Below, one piece after another: positions 29,009-38,132 of a stretch of DNA of 64,000 nucleotides. The notes below the pieces were generated by a model. It saw nothing but the letters and a program-made list of their open reading frames with translations, was not told where the DNA came from and made no database searches. The position numbers and the translations under genes are program-made. Location of the stretch: positions 96,001 to 160,000 of the forward strand of contig CAXXVL010000002.1 in NCBI GenBank assembly GCA_963667845.2, read 5' to 3'. Position 1 is the stretch's first letter, and every line of letters begins with the position of its first letter. This DNA comes from Smithellaceae bacterium. GTDB lineage: Bacteria > Desulfobacterota > Syntrophia > Syntrophales > Smithellaceae.

Positions 29009-30940
29009 AAGTTCGATCTGAGTGCCGAGCTCAACAACCCGGTTGGGCGGGATGCCGAAATAGACCGTGGGATTTCCGGAATTTCTCGACATGAAAGCAA
29101 AAATCGCCTTGCGCCAGCGCAGCATTTTCGACTTCCCCCCCGTGAGGAGAGTTTCCCGGCCCAGATAGTAGGTTGTGGTCATGGGTTCCGTAATGAGTCC
29201 GTAACGGGAAACGTCCCGCATCAGCTCGGGCACATTGGGTGTCTGCATATAACCATATAAGGCAATAAGACGATAGAAGCCATGTCCCAGCTCTTCGAGC
29301 TTGACTTGTTCTTCGGGCGGCACCGTGGGCGAGTCGGTCGACCGGATGGAAAGGAGCACAACTTGCTCATGCAGAATGTGATTGTGCTTGACGTGATGCA
29401 GGAGGCTGGGAGGAGTTCCATCAGGTGATAACGTCATGAATACGGCCGTTCCGGGAACTCTGGGCATTTTGCTTCTGGATATTTCGTCAATAAAGATGGC
29501 GATGGGAAACCTTCCGCCGGCAAGTCTGCGGGATAGCTCCGTGCGGCCCTTCCTCCAGGTGGTCATGGCGACCGCCACGATTGCCGCGATAAAGAGCGGA
29601 AACCATCCGCCGTCGGCGATCTTGAAGAGATTGCCGCTGATGAAGGCAACGTCAACCACGACAAACACCCCCACAAGAAGTACGGCTTTCCAAAGCGGCC
29701 ATTTCCAGTTGTGAGTCAGCACCAGAAAATAGAGAAGCGAGGTGATGATCATCGTCCCCGTCACGGCAATACCGTATGCCCCGGCCAGGCCGGTCGACTC
29801 CTTAAATCCGATCACGACGCCAAGGCAGGCAATCATCAAGGCATAATTGACGAAGGGGATATAGATCTGACCCTGCATGTCGCTCGACGTATGAACGATA
29901 TGCATCCGGGGGCAGAGTCCCAGCTGCACGGCCTGCTGGGTCAGCGAAAATGCCCCGGAGATCAAGGCTTGCGAGGCAATGATCGTAGCGGCGGTCGAGA
30001 GAGCAACCATCGGGTAGAGGAGCACGCCGGGGACAAGTCCATAGAAGGGATTGACATTCATCTGGGGATTTCCCAGAAGCAGCGCACCCTGCCCGAAATA
30101 GTTGCAAAGCAGCGCCGGGCAGGCAAAGGCAAGCCAGGAGATGCGAATGGCTTTCTTTCCGAAATGTCCCAGATCGGCATACAGGGCTTCGCAACCCGTG
30201 ATGCACAAAACAACCGAGCCCAGGACGATGATGCCGTGGACGCTGTTGCGCATGAAGAAATCAATCGCGTGAAAAGGGTTGACGGCAAGCAGAATTCTCG
30301 GTTCATGCAGAATACTATAAAGACCGAAACCGGCAATAGCGACAAACCAGATCACCATGATCGGACCGAACAGTCTGCCGATATGCTTGGTGCCCCGGTG
30401 CTGCAAAAAGAAAAGTAAAACGAGGATAATGCACGTCAACGGCATCACAAAAGGTTTTGCGGCTTTGGTGGCAACTTCCAGTCCTTCGATGGCCGAAAGG
30501 ACTGAAATCGCCGGCGTAATGATTCCGTCGCCGTAGAGAAGTCCTGCGCCAAGAATGCCGGCAAACATGAGCGTCGCCTTGAACCGCGCGGAAATCTTCC
30601 TGTCGGACGCGGTCAGCAGGCCGAGAAGAGCAAAGATGCCGCCCTCGCCGCGGTTGTCGGCACGAAGAATGAAAATGACATACTTGATGCTGACCACGAT
30701 CATCAGCGACCAGAAAACGAGGGACAAGACGCCGAAGATATTGGCCGGGTCGGGCGCTATGGCATGTTTTCCGTGAAAGCATTCCTTGATGGCGTAAAGG
30801 GGGCTGGTTCCGACATCGCCGAAGACGATGCCGATGGATCCAAAGGCCAGGATGAGGTGCTTTTTGTCGCACCACCGCGAAGACTGCGCTTCACAGGATG
30901 GTGAGTCCGGATCAGAAGTATTTCCGGATGATGAAGACAT
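29006..30940 (-). CDS. kup: KUP/HAK/KT potassium transporter
   Basis: GIVFGDVGTSPLY, ADNRGEGG, GDGIITPAISV, GQIYIP, VVELGTQIEL. Confidence 0.97.
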   Translation of the reverse strand: MSSSSGNTSDPDSPSCEAQSSRWCDKKHLILAFGSIGIVFGDVGTSPLYAIKECFHGKHAIAPDPANIFGVLSLVFWSLMIVVSIKYVIFILRADNRGEGGIFALLGLLTASDRKISARFKATLMFAGILGAGLLYGDGIITPAISVLSAIEGLEVATKAAKPFVMPLTCIILVLLFFLQHRGTKHIGRLFGPIMVIWFVAIAGFGLYSILHEPRILLAVNPFHAIDFFMRNSVHGIIVLGSVVLCITGCEALYADLGHFGKKAIRISWLAFACPALLCNYFGQGALLLGNPQMNVNPFYGLVPGVLLYPMVALSTAATIIASQALISGAFSLTQQAVQLGLCPRMHIVHTSSDMQGQIYIPFVNYALMIACLGVVIGFKESTGLAGAYGIAVTGTMIITSLLYFLVLTHNWKWPLWKAVLLVGVFVVVDVAFISGNLFKIADGGWFPLFIAAIVAVAMTTWRKGRTELSRRLAGGRFPIAIFIDEISRSKMPRVPGTAVFMTLSPDGTPPSLLHHVKHNHILHEQVVLLSIRSTDSPTVPPEEQVKLEELGHGFYRLIALYGYMQTPNVPELMRDVSRYGLITEPMTTTYYLGRETLLTGGKSKMLRWRKAIFAFMSRNSGNPTVYFGIPPNRVVELGTQIEL

Positions 30941-31011
30941 ATAAAACCTCCAAAGCGTGATCAGGGGGGAGAATCATCCTCCCGAATCACTCCGGTCGGT
31001 TCTCCTCATCG

Positions 31012-31122
31012 ATGTCTGCGAAGTTAGCTGACGGGCTCGGGCCGGATGAGGTTACCCTACGCAAAATCGCGATACGCCCCAAAAAAGTGGTTTCTCCGCT
31101 CCCGGTGATCGGGATTAGACAT
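31012..31122 (-). ncRNA. c-di-AMP riboswitch (ydaO/yuaA class) in kup leader
   Basis: Minus strand: aatccc..gggagcggagaaacc..ttttttggggcgtatc..tagggt..cccgagcccgtcagctaacttcgcag, closed by P1 atgtct/agacat; upstream of a K+ transporter. Confidence 0.9.
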
Positions 31123-31203
31123 TTTGTTCTGTGGTCACTTAGTGCATCTTTTAAAGATTGTCAATGGCACAGGTCGGCCATCCCTGCGCATCGCGAACCG
31201 ACT

Positions 31204-32319
31204 CTAAACCGGCCAGTCCGGGATTTTCTTCTTTGTCCCGAACCATTTCAGCGTCGCATAAAACATATCGAGATGACAAAGTGCGGTTTTGAGACGGGTG
31301 AATCTTCCCGGCGCCGTAACGCCCTGAAGAAGCCTGTCGTATTGAGCGAAAGACAGTGCGCGCATTTTGCGGATCGTGACTTTTTCCAGCGCCTGTTTTT
31401 CTTTCATGTAGTGCTGCAATTTTTCTGTATATTGAGTGATGCCGCTTTGCCCATCGCTTACCGCCTCTACGGCCAAAACACCGCTTAAGCAGGCCATGTC
31501 GATCCCGCCGCCGTGCAGGGGGGATGTGAGGCCCGCCGCATCGCCCACCAGCAGGACATTCTCGTAGACGAGACGAGGCAGCATACTGCCTGCGGCAATG
31601 CCGCCGCCCCGTTCGAGCACAGCCGCACCGGCCAGCCCTTCCCTCCGCAGAACGCCGTCGAGCAGTTCTCTCATATCCAGCCTGTCGCGGCCGAGCGTTC
31701 CCCGCACCGTGCAGACCACGCCGACGTTGGCCCGCGAGGCATCCTTGGGGAATATCCAGAAGTAGGCGGGTTGAAATTCAGCGGGCAGATTCGAGAGAAA
31801 AACAAACTTGAGGCGCGGCATGAGCGCACTGAAATCGCCCGCCAGCACGACCTGATGCGCCAGAAGATACTCCTGAAAATAGTCGCCTGAAAACCCGTAG
31901 AGACGGGAAGTGATTGAAGGCGCGCCGCTGGCATCCAGTATCCAGTCATACTCTTTTTGCATCCCGCTCAGGCGCGCCCGCGTTACTCCTGCGTTTTCGT
32001 GAATCACGACGCCGCGCTCCCTTGCCTGCGCCGCCAGGTCCTGCTGCCAGGTTTTGCGATCCAGCATCCACAGCGGCCGATGATGGCCGAGCGCAAACGG
32101 ATAGGACTCGCGACCGGTGAGGACAATTTCATCCACGGGGCGAAGCAATCCCCGGCCCGGCCGGGGCATGATCCGGAGCGAATCGAAGATGCATTCGCCG
32201 CAGACGATGCCCTCCCCGACGCATCGTTTTTCAAAAAGGTCAACCCGGATGTTTCGTCCTGCCGCCGCGAGCGCCGCATAGAGGCCGCCGGGCCCTGCTC
32301 CGATGATGGCAATTTTCAT
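31204..32319 (-). CDS. Geranylgeranyl reductase-family FAD oxidoreductase
   Basis: GAGPGG, CGEC, YFWIFP, ANVG, VGDAAG..PLHGGG. Confidence 0.85.
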   Translation of the reverse strand: MKIAIIGAGPGGLYAALAAAGRNIRVDLFEKRCVGEGIVCGECIFDSLRIMPRPGRGLLRPVDEIVLTGRESYPFALGHHRPLWMLDRKTWQQDLAAQARERGVVIHENAGVTRARLSGMQKEYDWILDASGAPSITSRLYGFSGDYFQEYLLAHQVVLAGDFSALMPRLKFVFLSNLPAEFQPAYFWIFPKDASRANVGVVCTVRGTLGRDRLDMRELLDGVLRREGLAGAAVLERGGGIAAGSMLPRLVYENVLLVGDAAGLTSPLHGGGIDMACLSGVLAVEAVSDGQSGITQYTEKLQHYMKEKQALEKVTIRKMRALSFAQYDRLLQGVTAPGRFTRLKTALCHLDMFYATLKWFGTKKKIPDWPV

Positions 32320-32651
32320 AGCTTTGTTTTTGGTCTTTTAAATTTTTTCAGGAGGTGGCGAAAGGCCAGGACCGGATGGGACCGCAGCATCCGCGGCCCG
32401 GCATAACGCATCACCTGCTGCATTTGCACTCGGCGCTGGGGTTTGTAACAGTGCCGAGGACATGCCGCACACGTCGGTTTGTCTTCCGCATAAGGACATT
32501 TGCGAAGCCTTGCTTTGGCATAGGCGAGGAGTTCCCTGCACGGCAGACATACTTCTGCGGTATCGGTCTGATGCAACTCGCGGCAATATAGATCAATCAT
32601 GGCTGTGATCGTCTGATATTCTTCTTGCAGGTATTTAGCGGGCAGCACCAT
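32316..32651 (-). CDS. YgbA/nitrous oxide-stimulated promoter-family Cys-rich protein
   Basis: MIDLYC, CLPC, CP..KPTCAACPRHCY, VMRYAGPRML; start at 32651 with aaggag RBS. Confidence 0.85.
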   Translation of the reverse strand: MVLPAKYLQEEYQTITAMIDLYCRELHQTDTAEVCLPCRELLAYAKARLRKCPYAEDKPTCAACPRHCYKPQRRVQMQQVMRYAGPRMLRSHPVLAFRHLLKKFKRPKTKL

Positions 32652-33444
32652 CGTCTCCTTCCAAAAACCTGTCGGCGCGCCGGACTTCCTCAACAAACCG
32701 CCGGACTTTCTTCATATCTTTTTTAAACCGGACCGGTTGGCCGTTTTTGTCCACGGCATTGGTCTTCGTGCAGCTGTCTACGCCGGCCGGCCGCAGTGTG
32801 ACCACGGCTTCAAAGACATTTTCTGCGGAAAGACCGCCCGCGAGGATGACCGGAATGGGACTTTTTTCAATCACAGCTTTGGCCAGCGTCCAGTCGCAGA
32901 CGCAGCCCGTAATTCCCACATAACCCGCAACCGGCTGCGGGGCAAAACTTTCCGGCCGGCCGATCAGCGTGTCGATGAGGAAATAGTCTGAAAACGGTGC
33001 GAAGAGTTCGGCAAAATGAAGGATATTTTTCAAAATCACATCCCCGTCAGGCAGGCCGGGTTCGGGAATGGAAAGCGAACGCATGATTTCGATCTGCGGA
33101 AACCGGTCTTTCACATCCACCTGCAGAGACGTGAGCGCGTCGAATTCACGCACGACCGTGGCCTTATCCCCCGGGAAAGGGGAAAGCGCTTCACAAAAAT
33201 GAACAAAGTCCGGCTGATAGTAATCAATCGCCTGGAATATCTTTACGGGGTCCTTCATGATCGGAATGAGACCGCTTTTGGCCCCCGCCTGCCTCGCGGC
33301 CTGCATCGTTTTACGAATCGCTGTGCTCTTCCATTTGTCCTGATCAACAAGCACGCTCCCGATGTGGTCCACGCCCAAGTTGACCAAGGCTTCGGCTTCC
33401 TTCGATTTTTGCACTTCATAAATCTGGATGATGGTTTTTTGCAT
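32635..33444 (-). CDS. Phosphoribosylanthranilate isomerase (TrpF)-like TIM-barrel protein
   Basis: FLIDT..GITG..DW, ILAGGLSAENV, PAGVDS, KDMKKV; lacks canonical KICG N-terminus. Confidence 0.72.
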   Translation of the reverse strand: MQKTIIQIYEVQKSKEAEALVNLGVDHIGSVLVDQDKWKSTAIRKTMQAARQAGAKSGLIPIMKDPVKIFQAIDYYQPDFVHFCEALSPFPGDKATVVREFDALTSLQVDVKDRFPQIEIMRSLSIPEPGLPDGDVILKNILHFAELFAPFSDYFLIDTLIGRPESFAPQPVAGYVGITGCVCDWTLAKAVIEKSPIPVILAGGLSAENVFEAVVTLRPAGVDSCTKTNAVDKNGQPVRFKKDMKKVRRFVEEVRRADRFLEGDDGAAR

Positions 33445-33597
33445 GGAAAACTCATATCATGCGAGCGGACTCCGATCAAGACTTTGCCCTGTGTTTTTTC
33501 CTGCCTGGCAACCTCTCCCAAAAAAGCGGCTTGCATTTATCCGCGATTCACTCAATAATCGGCGCCATCAGATCAGCAAACAGGGGGAGTTATACGC

Positions 33598-34743
33598 ATG
33601 ACAGTCATGAAACAGATCGAAGAACTTTATAATGAAAGGGGCCGGCGCGCCAAAGAGCTGCATAATGCGGGCGAAAAAATCATCGGCTACTTCTGCTGCT
33701 TTGTGCCCGACGAGATCATCACGGCACTCGGCATGATCCCGTACCGCATCCAGGGCAGCCAGAGCGAGCCCATCGATGAAGCCGACGCGCTTTTGGAGCC
33801 GATGGCCTGCCCATTTGCGCGCAGTTGTTTCAACATGGCGCTAAAAGGCGAATACGATTTCCTGGACGGGTTCGTCGCTCCGCACAGCTGCGATACCATC
33901 GAGCGGATGTACCACATCTGGCACAGCAACAAGCCCGCGCCGTTTAATCACATGATCAATGTGCCGCACATGCTGGGTCCGTCGTCCTCCGAATTCTACA
34001 AAAATGAGCTGCAATATTTCATTCATCGCCTGGAAGATTTTGCCGGCCGGAAACTGGATGACGCCAAACTTAAGGATGCCATAAAACTTTACAATCGCCG
34101 CCGTGCCCTGCTCCGGGAACTCTACGACCTGCGCAAGGAGAATCCGCCGCGCGTCAGCGGAACGGAGATCACCAAGGTCCTGGTGGCGGGAATGGGTATC
34201 CCGGGTGCGGAACATATCGAACTGGTGAAGGCATTCATTGACGAAGTCAAAAAGCGCCCCGCCGCGAAGTCTTCCGGCCTGCCGCGCATTTTTTTGTGGG
34301 GCAACGAGATTGACGACGCGGCGTTCATCACGCTTGTCGAGGAATGCGGCGCGCACGTCGTGATGGATGATTTGTGCACCGGAACGCGGGCGTTCTGGGA
34401 GAATACCCCCGAAACCGCCGATCCGCTGGACGGTCTCACGGCGCGTTACATCGGCACGCACTGCCCCAGAAGCCTCTCGCCGCAGCAAGGCAATCGCAAA
34501 GAGGATCTGGAAAACCGCTTTGGCTATATGAGGGAGTTTATCGCCGAATGGCAGGCCAGCGGCGCGATTTTTTATATCGTCCGCTACTGCGACACCTGTG
34601 AGCTCGAGGGTCCGGATCTGCGAGAATACCTGACCGACCTGAAGCTGCCGGTGCTGATGATCGAGGATGACTATTCGACATCAACCATCGGACAGTTGAG
34701 AACACGCATTCAGGCCTTTTTAGAAATGATTTCGACTTCGTAA
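33598..34743 (+). CDS. 2-hydroxyacyl-CoA dehydratase / benzoyl-CoA reductase subunit (HgdB/BcrC/BzdN-like)
   Basis: CCFVPDE, ACPFARS, HSCD, DDLCTG, YCD, QLRTRIQAFLE. Confidence 0.88.
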   Translation: MTVMKQIEELYNERGRRAKELHNAGEKIIGYFCCFVPDEIITALGMIPYRIQGSQSEPIDEADALLEPMACPFARSCFNMALKGEYDFLDGFVAPHSCDTIERMYHIWHSNKPAPFNHMINVPHMLGPSSSEFYKNELQYFIHRLEDFAGRKLDDAKLKDAIKLYNRRRALLRELYDLRKENPPRVSGTEITKVLVAGMGIPGAEHIELVKAFIDEVKKRPAAKSSGLPRIFLWGNEIDDAAFITLVEECGAHVVMDDLCTGTRAFWENTPETADPLDGLTARYIGTHCPRSLSPQQGNRKEDLENRFGYMREFIAEWQASGAIFYIVRYCDTCELEGPDLREYLTDLKLPVLMIEDDYSTSTIGQLRTRIQAFLEMISTS

Positions 34744-34853
34744 AAAACCCATATGCGACGTTGCGCTGCAGCCTCAGTTGCTGCGGCGTACATCAAAAGT
34801 ACGCCTCACACCGTCGGCTTTGCGCGCCTTGCCTCTGGATTTTTTACAAAGCC
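34734..34853 (+). mobile_element. 120-bp MITE-like element (family B), copy 1
   Basis: Imperfect TIRs gacttcgtaaaaaa/ttttttacaaagcc; internal match to 36197..36316; contains the TAA of the upstream gene. Confidence 0.78.
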
Positions 34854-34896
34854 TTTAAAAGGGCAAAAACAATTTTGTTTATTCAATGAGGGGACT

Positions 34897-36195
34897 ATGG
34901 AACAAACTCAACAAGTCAAAACCACCGCTGTAAAGGGGACGGACACGGCGCGAGAAGTGCGCGGACTGGTAAAGAACATTTACAAAAGCGCCCATGAGGC
35001 CAGAGACAAGGGGCAGAAAGTCGCCTACATGATGGTCGCGTCCCAGTATGATGAAATTCTGCGCGCGATGGATGTCGTGCCGCTGCCGACCGAAAACTAT
35101 GCGGGCCTCTGTGCCGCCAAGCGCGACATGGACCGCTTTCTTCTGAAAGCCGAAGCGGACGGTTATTCGCAGGTGCTCTGCAGCTACGCGCGCATCGGCC
35201 TCGGGTTCGACAGCCTGCGCAAGGAACTGGGGCATATCCCCGAAGGCAGCCCCGACGGCGGCATGCCCGTGCCGGACATGATGCTGGGGAGCTCGGCCGT
35301 GTGCGATCCGCGCTTCAAGTGGTATCAGGCCACCAGCCGTTACCTGGAGGTTCCCACCTTCGGCATGGACGTGGTCGCGCCTCCGCCGCAGGATGATTTA
35401 AACGAGGTCCGCGACTACTACATCAAATACCAGCGCGACCAGTTGAAAGGTTTGATTGAATTCCTGGAAAAGCAAACCGGCAAAAAGATGGATCCCGAAC
35501 GCCTCTGGGAGGCGATCCGCCTGGGCGACAAAGCCTGGCAGCTCTGGTACGACATCGACCGGCTGCGCGTCGCCGTCCCCTGCCCCATGCCGTCCCAGGA
35601 TCATTTCAGCATCATGGTCGCCGGCCACTATTACAGCGGCACGCAGGTTGCCGTGGATTTCTATCAAAAGCTCTATGACGAAGTGAAATACAAGGTTGAG
35701 CACAAAATCGGCGTGATCCCGGATGAGAAATACCGCATCCTCTACGGCGGCGGTCTGCCGCCCTGGCACACACTCTGGATCTTCAATTACTTTGAAAGTT
35801 TCGGCGCGGTGTTTGTGATTGAAAACGTCTACCGCGGCTACGATCCGGTCGAAGTCCCCGCGCACGTGAAAGACCCGGTGGATTACCTCGCCTGGCGGGC
35901 GTTTCTGCGCTTCACGCGCTACCACGAAAAAGCCCGCGCCCGCAGCGGCAACCCCATCGTGGAGAAATTGCTGGGCCTGATCGAGGATTACAAAATCGAC
36001 GGCGTCGTTTTCCACGCCTGCCGCTCCTGCCGTGCAACGACGATCGGGCAGGTGCATATCAAAAGCGAACTGGGGAAATATTCGACCCTGCCGATGATGC
36101 AGCTCGTCTCCGACATGGTCGATTTGCGGGACTACTCGGAAGCGCAGTGGAAGGCGCAGATCGGGGCATTCATTGAAGCCCTGCAGGCACGCTAA
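34897..36195 (+). CDS. 2-hydroxyacyl-CoA dehydratase / benzoyl-CoA reductase subunit (HgdA/BcrB/BzdO-like)
   Basis: PTENY, LCSYARIG, VCD, HACRSCR motifs; true start 34897 (gagggg RBS), upstream extension is the MITE. Confidence 0.88.
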   Translation: MEQTQQVKTTAVKGTDTAREVRGLVKNIYKSAHEARDKGQKVAYMMVASQYDEILRAMDVVPLPTENYAGLCAAKRDMDRFLLKAEADGYSQVLCSYARIGLGFDSLRKELGHIPEGSPDGGMPVPDMMLGSSAVCDPRFKWYQATSRYLEVPTFGMDVVAPPPQDDLNEVRDYYIKYQRDQLKGLIEFLEKQTGKKMDPERLWEAIRLGDKAWQLWYDIDRLRVAVPCPMPSQDHFSIMVAGHYYSGTQVAVDFYQKLYDEVKYKVEHKIGVIPDEKYRILYGGGLPPWHTLWIFNYFESFGAVFVIENVYRGYDPVEVPAHVKDPVDYLAWRAFLRFTRYHEKARARSGNPIVEKLLGLIEDYKIDGVVFHACRSCRATTIGQVHIKSELGKYSTLPMMQLVSDMVDLRDYSEAQWKAQIGAFIEALQAR

Positions 36196-36196
36196 C

Positions 36197-36316
36197 GGCT
36201 TTGGAAAATTCGTCATATGCGGCGTTGCGCTGCAGCCTGTGTCGTTGCGGCGTATACAAAGATACGCCTCACTCCGCAGGCTTTGCGCGCCTTGCCTCTG
36301 ACGCTTTTGCAAAGCC
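36197..36316 (+). mobile_element. 120-bp MITE-like element (family B), copy 2
   Basis: TIRs ggctttggaaaa/ttttgcaaagcc; shares catatgcg.cgttgcgctgcagcct..tacgcctcac..ggctttgcgcgccttgcctctg with copy 1. Confidence 0.78.
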
Positions 36317-36358
36317 TTAATCTTCTGAAGAAAAGACAAAGGAGAAAAAATAACATTT

Positions 36359-37189
36359 ATGCCGTTTGCCGGAATTGATATCGGGTCCACGATGACAAAA
36401 GTGGTGATTGTGGATGAAAAAGAAAAGATACTGGCTTCCCACATCGGGCCGACCGGCGCGGAGCACCGGCATCTCGCGCTGAAAGTCACTGAAGACACTC
36501 TTGCCAAGGCGGCGCTCGGATTTGAAAGCCTCGATTTCATCGTCGCGACGGGTTACGGCCGCATCAATGTTCCGTTTGCCGACAAGCAGATCACCGAAAT
36601 CACCTGCCACGCGCGGGGCATCCGTTCCCTGTTTCCCTCCGCTAAAATCATCATCGACATCGGCGGGCAGGATTCCAAAGGGATCAAGCTCGATGCCGAA
36701 GGCAAAGTCGCGAACTTCGTGATGAACGACAAGTGCGCCGCCGGAACGGGACGCTTTCTGGAAGTGATCGCCGAAACGCTCGGCATCAACCTGGTGGATA
36801 TGGGCGACATCTCACTCAAGGCCAATGGCTTTGTCCAAATTTCCAACATGTGCACAGTCTTTGCCGAGCACGAAGTGACGTCGCGCCTGTCCGAAGGCGC
36901 GGGCGTGGCCGAGATTGTCGCAGGACTGCATGAAGCCATTGCCGGGCGGGTCGTCAACATGGCGCGCCACCTGGGCATCGAGAAGGACGTGGTCGTCACC
37001 GGGGGAGGTGCAAAGAATGCCGGACTCGTCCGGGCCATTGAAGGCAAAGTTGGATTTCCGGTGCTGACACCGCCGGAACCTTTCATCACCGGCGCGCTCG
37101 GCGCGGCGCTGGTCGGCAAGGATTTTTACGACCGCGGCGTAAGACCCACGAAACAACGAACACGGGAAGATGTTAAATTTTTCACATAG
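36359..37189 (+). CDS. ASKHA ATPase activator (HgdC/BcrA/BzdQ-like)
   Basis: GIDIGST, TGYGR, EITCH, DIGGQDSK, NDKCAAGTG, CTVFAE. Confidence 0.92.
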   Translation: MPFAGIDIGSTMTKVVIVDEKEKILASHIGPTGAEHRHLALKVTEDTLAKAALGFESLDFIVATGYGRINVPFADKQITEITCHARGIRSLFPSAKIIIDIGGQDSKGIKLDAEGKVANFVMNDKCAAGTGRFLEVIAETLGINLVDMGDISLKANGFVQISNMCTVFAEHEVTSRLSEGAGVAEIVAGLHEAIAGRVVNMARHLGIEKDVVVTGGGAKNAGLVRAIEGKVGFPVLTPPEPFITGALGAALVGKDFYDRGVRPTKQRTREDVKFFT

Positions 37190-37326
37190 CAAAAGGCCTT
37201 GCCGCCCGCAGCGGTGGTCTTGAATCGTGTCCCGGGCCGGCGGATGTGGATATAGCAGGGACTGACGCGTGACCTTTAGGTTATCCCCGAGCAGTCCGAA
37301 ATACGAGCGGCAATACCAAGGTATCT

Positions 37327-38115
37327 ATGAAAGACACCATAAAATATTACGCCGGGCTCGACATGGGCTCCGTTTCCATCAAAGCGGCGCTGATCAGCGA
37401 AAAACAGCTCATTGCTTCGAGCCTCATTGCTTCCGGCGGCAATTACAAAAACGGTGCAAAGAAGGTGATGGACGATGTATTGTCGCATGCCGCCATTTCT
37501 TTTGATCAACTCGCGGGGCTGGTCGTCACGGGGCTGGGCGCGGAAAGCGCGCCATTTGCCGGGCGGCAGGTATCCGACATTTCCTGCCAGGCCAAAGGCT
37601 GCCACTGCCTCTTCCCCTCGGCGCGGACCATCATCGACATCGGTGGACAGTTTTCCAAGGCCGCAAGAATCACGCCCGAGGGGCGAATTGCCGATTTCCT
37701 GATGAGTGAAAAATGCGCCACCGGGTCCGGGCGTTTTTTGCAGGTCATTTCCCGCATCCTGCACGTTCCGCTCGATGAAATCGGACCGCTTTCCCTGCAG
37801 TCGGAAAACCCTGTCGAATTTTCCACCAACTGCGCCGTGTTTGCCGAATCGGAAACGATTTCGCGAATTGCCGAAGGCGCAAAGCCCGCGGACATTCTGG
37901 CCGGGGTCCACCGGGCCATGGCCGCAAAGGTCGGCATGCTGGTCAAAAGACTGAAACTTACACCGGATGTCGTACTGACGGGCGGCGGCGGAGAAGACGC
38001 GGGGCTTACGCAGGCAATCGGCCTCGCGCTGAAAACAAAGATTCTGGTACCGGACCATCCCAGGCTCACCGCTGCCTTTGGCGCCGCCTGCCTGGCCGCG
38101 GAGGATCAAAACTAA
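37327..38115 (+). CDS. Second ASKHA activator subunit (BcrD/BzdP-like)
   Basis: GLDMGS, DISCQ, DIGGQFSK, EKCATGSG, CAVFAE. Confidence 0.88.
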   Translation: MKDTIKYYAGLDMGSVSIKAALISEKQLIASSLIASGGNYKNGAKKVMDDVLSHAAISFDQLAGLVVTGLGAESAPFAGRQVSDISCQAKGCHCLFPSARTIIDIGGQFSKAARITPEGRIADFLMSEKCATGSGRFLQVISRILHVPLDEIGPLSLQSENPVEFSTNCAVFAESETISRIAEGAKPADILAGVHRAMAAKVGMLVKRLKLTPDVVLTGGGGEDAGLTQAIGLALKTKILVPDHPRLTAAFGAACLAAEDQN

Positions 38116-38132
38116 AATTTCCGGAGGCGACA

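Noticed and set aside
34753..34896. N-terminal extension of the HgdA/BzdO-like ORF
   Set aside because: Mostly translates the MITE; the RBS-supported start is 34897
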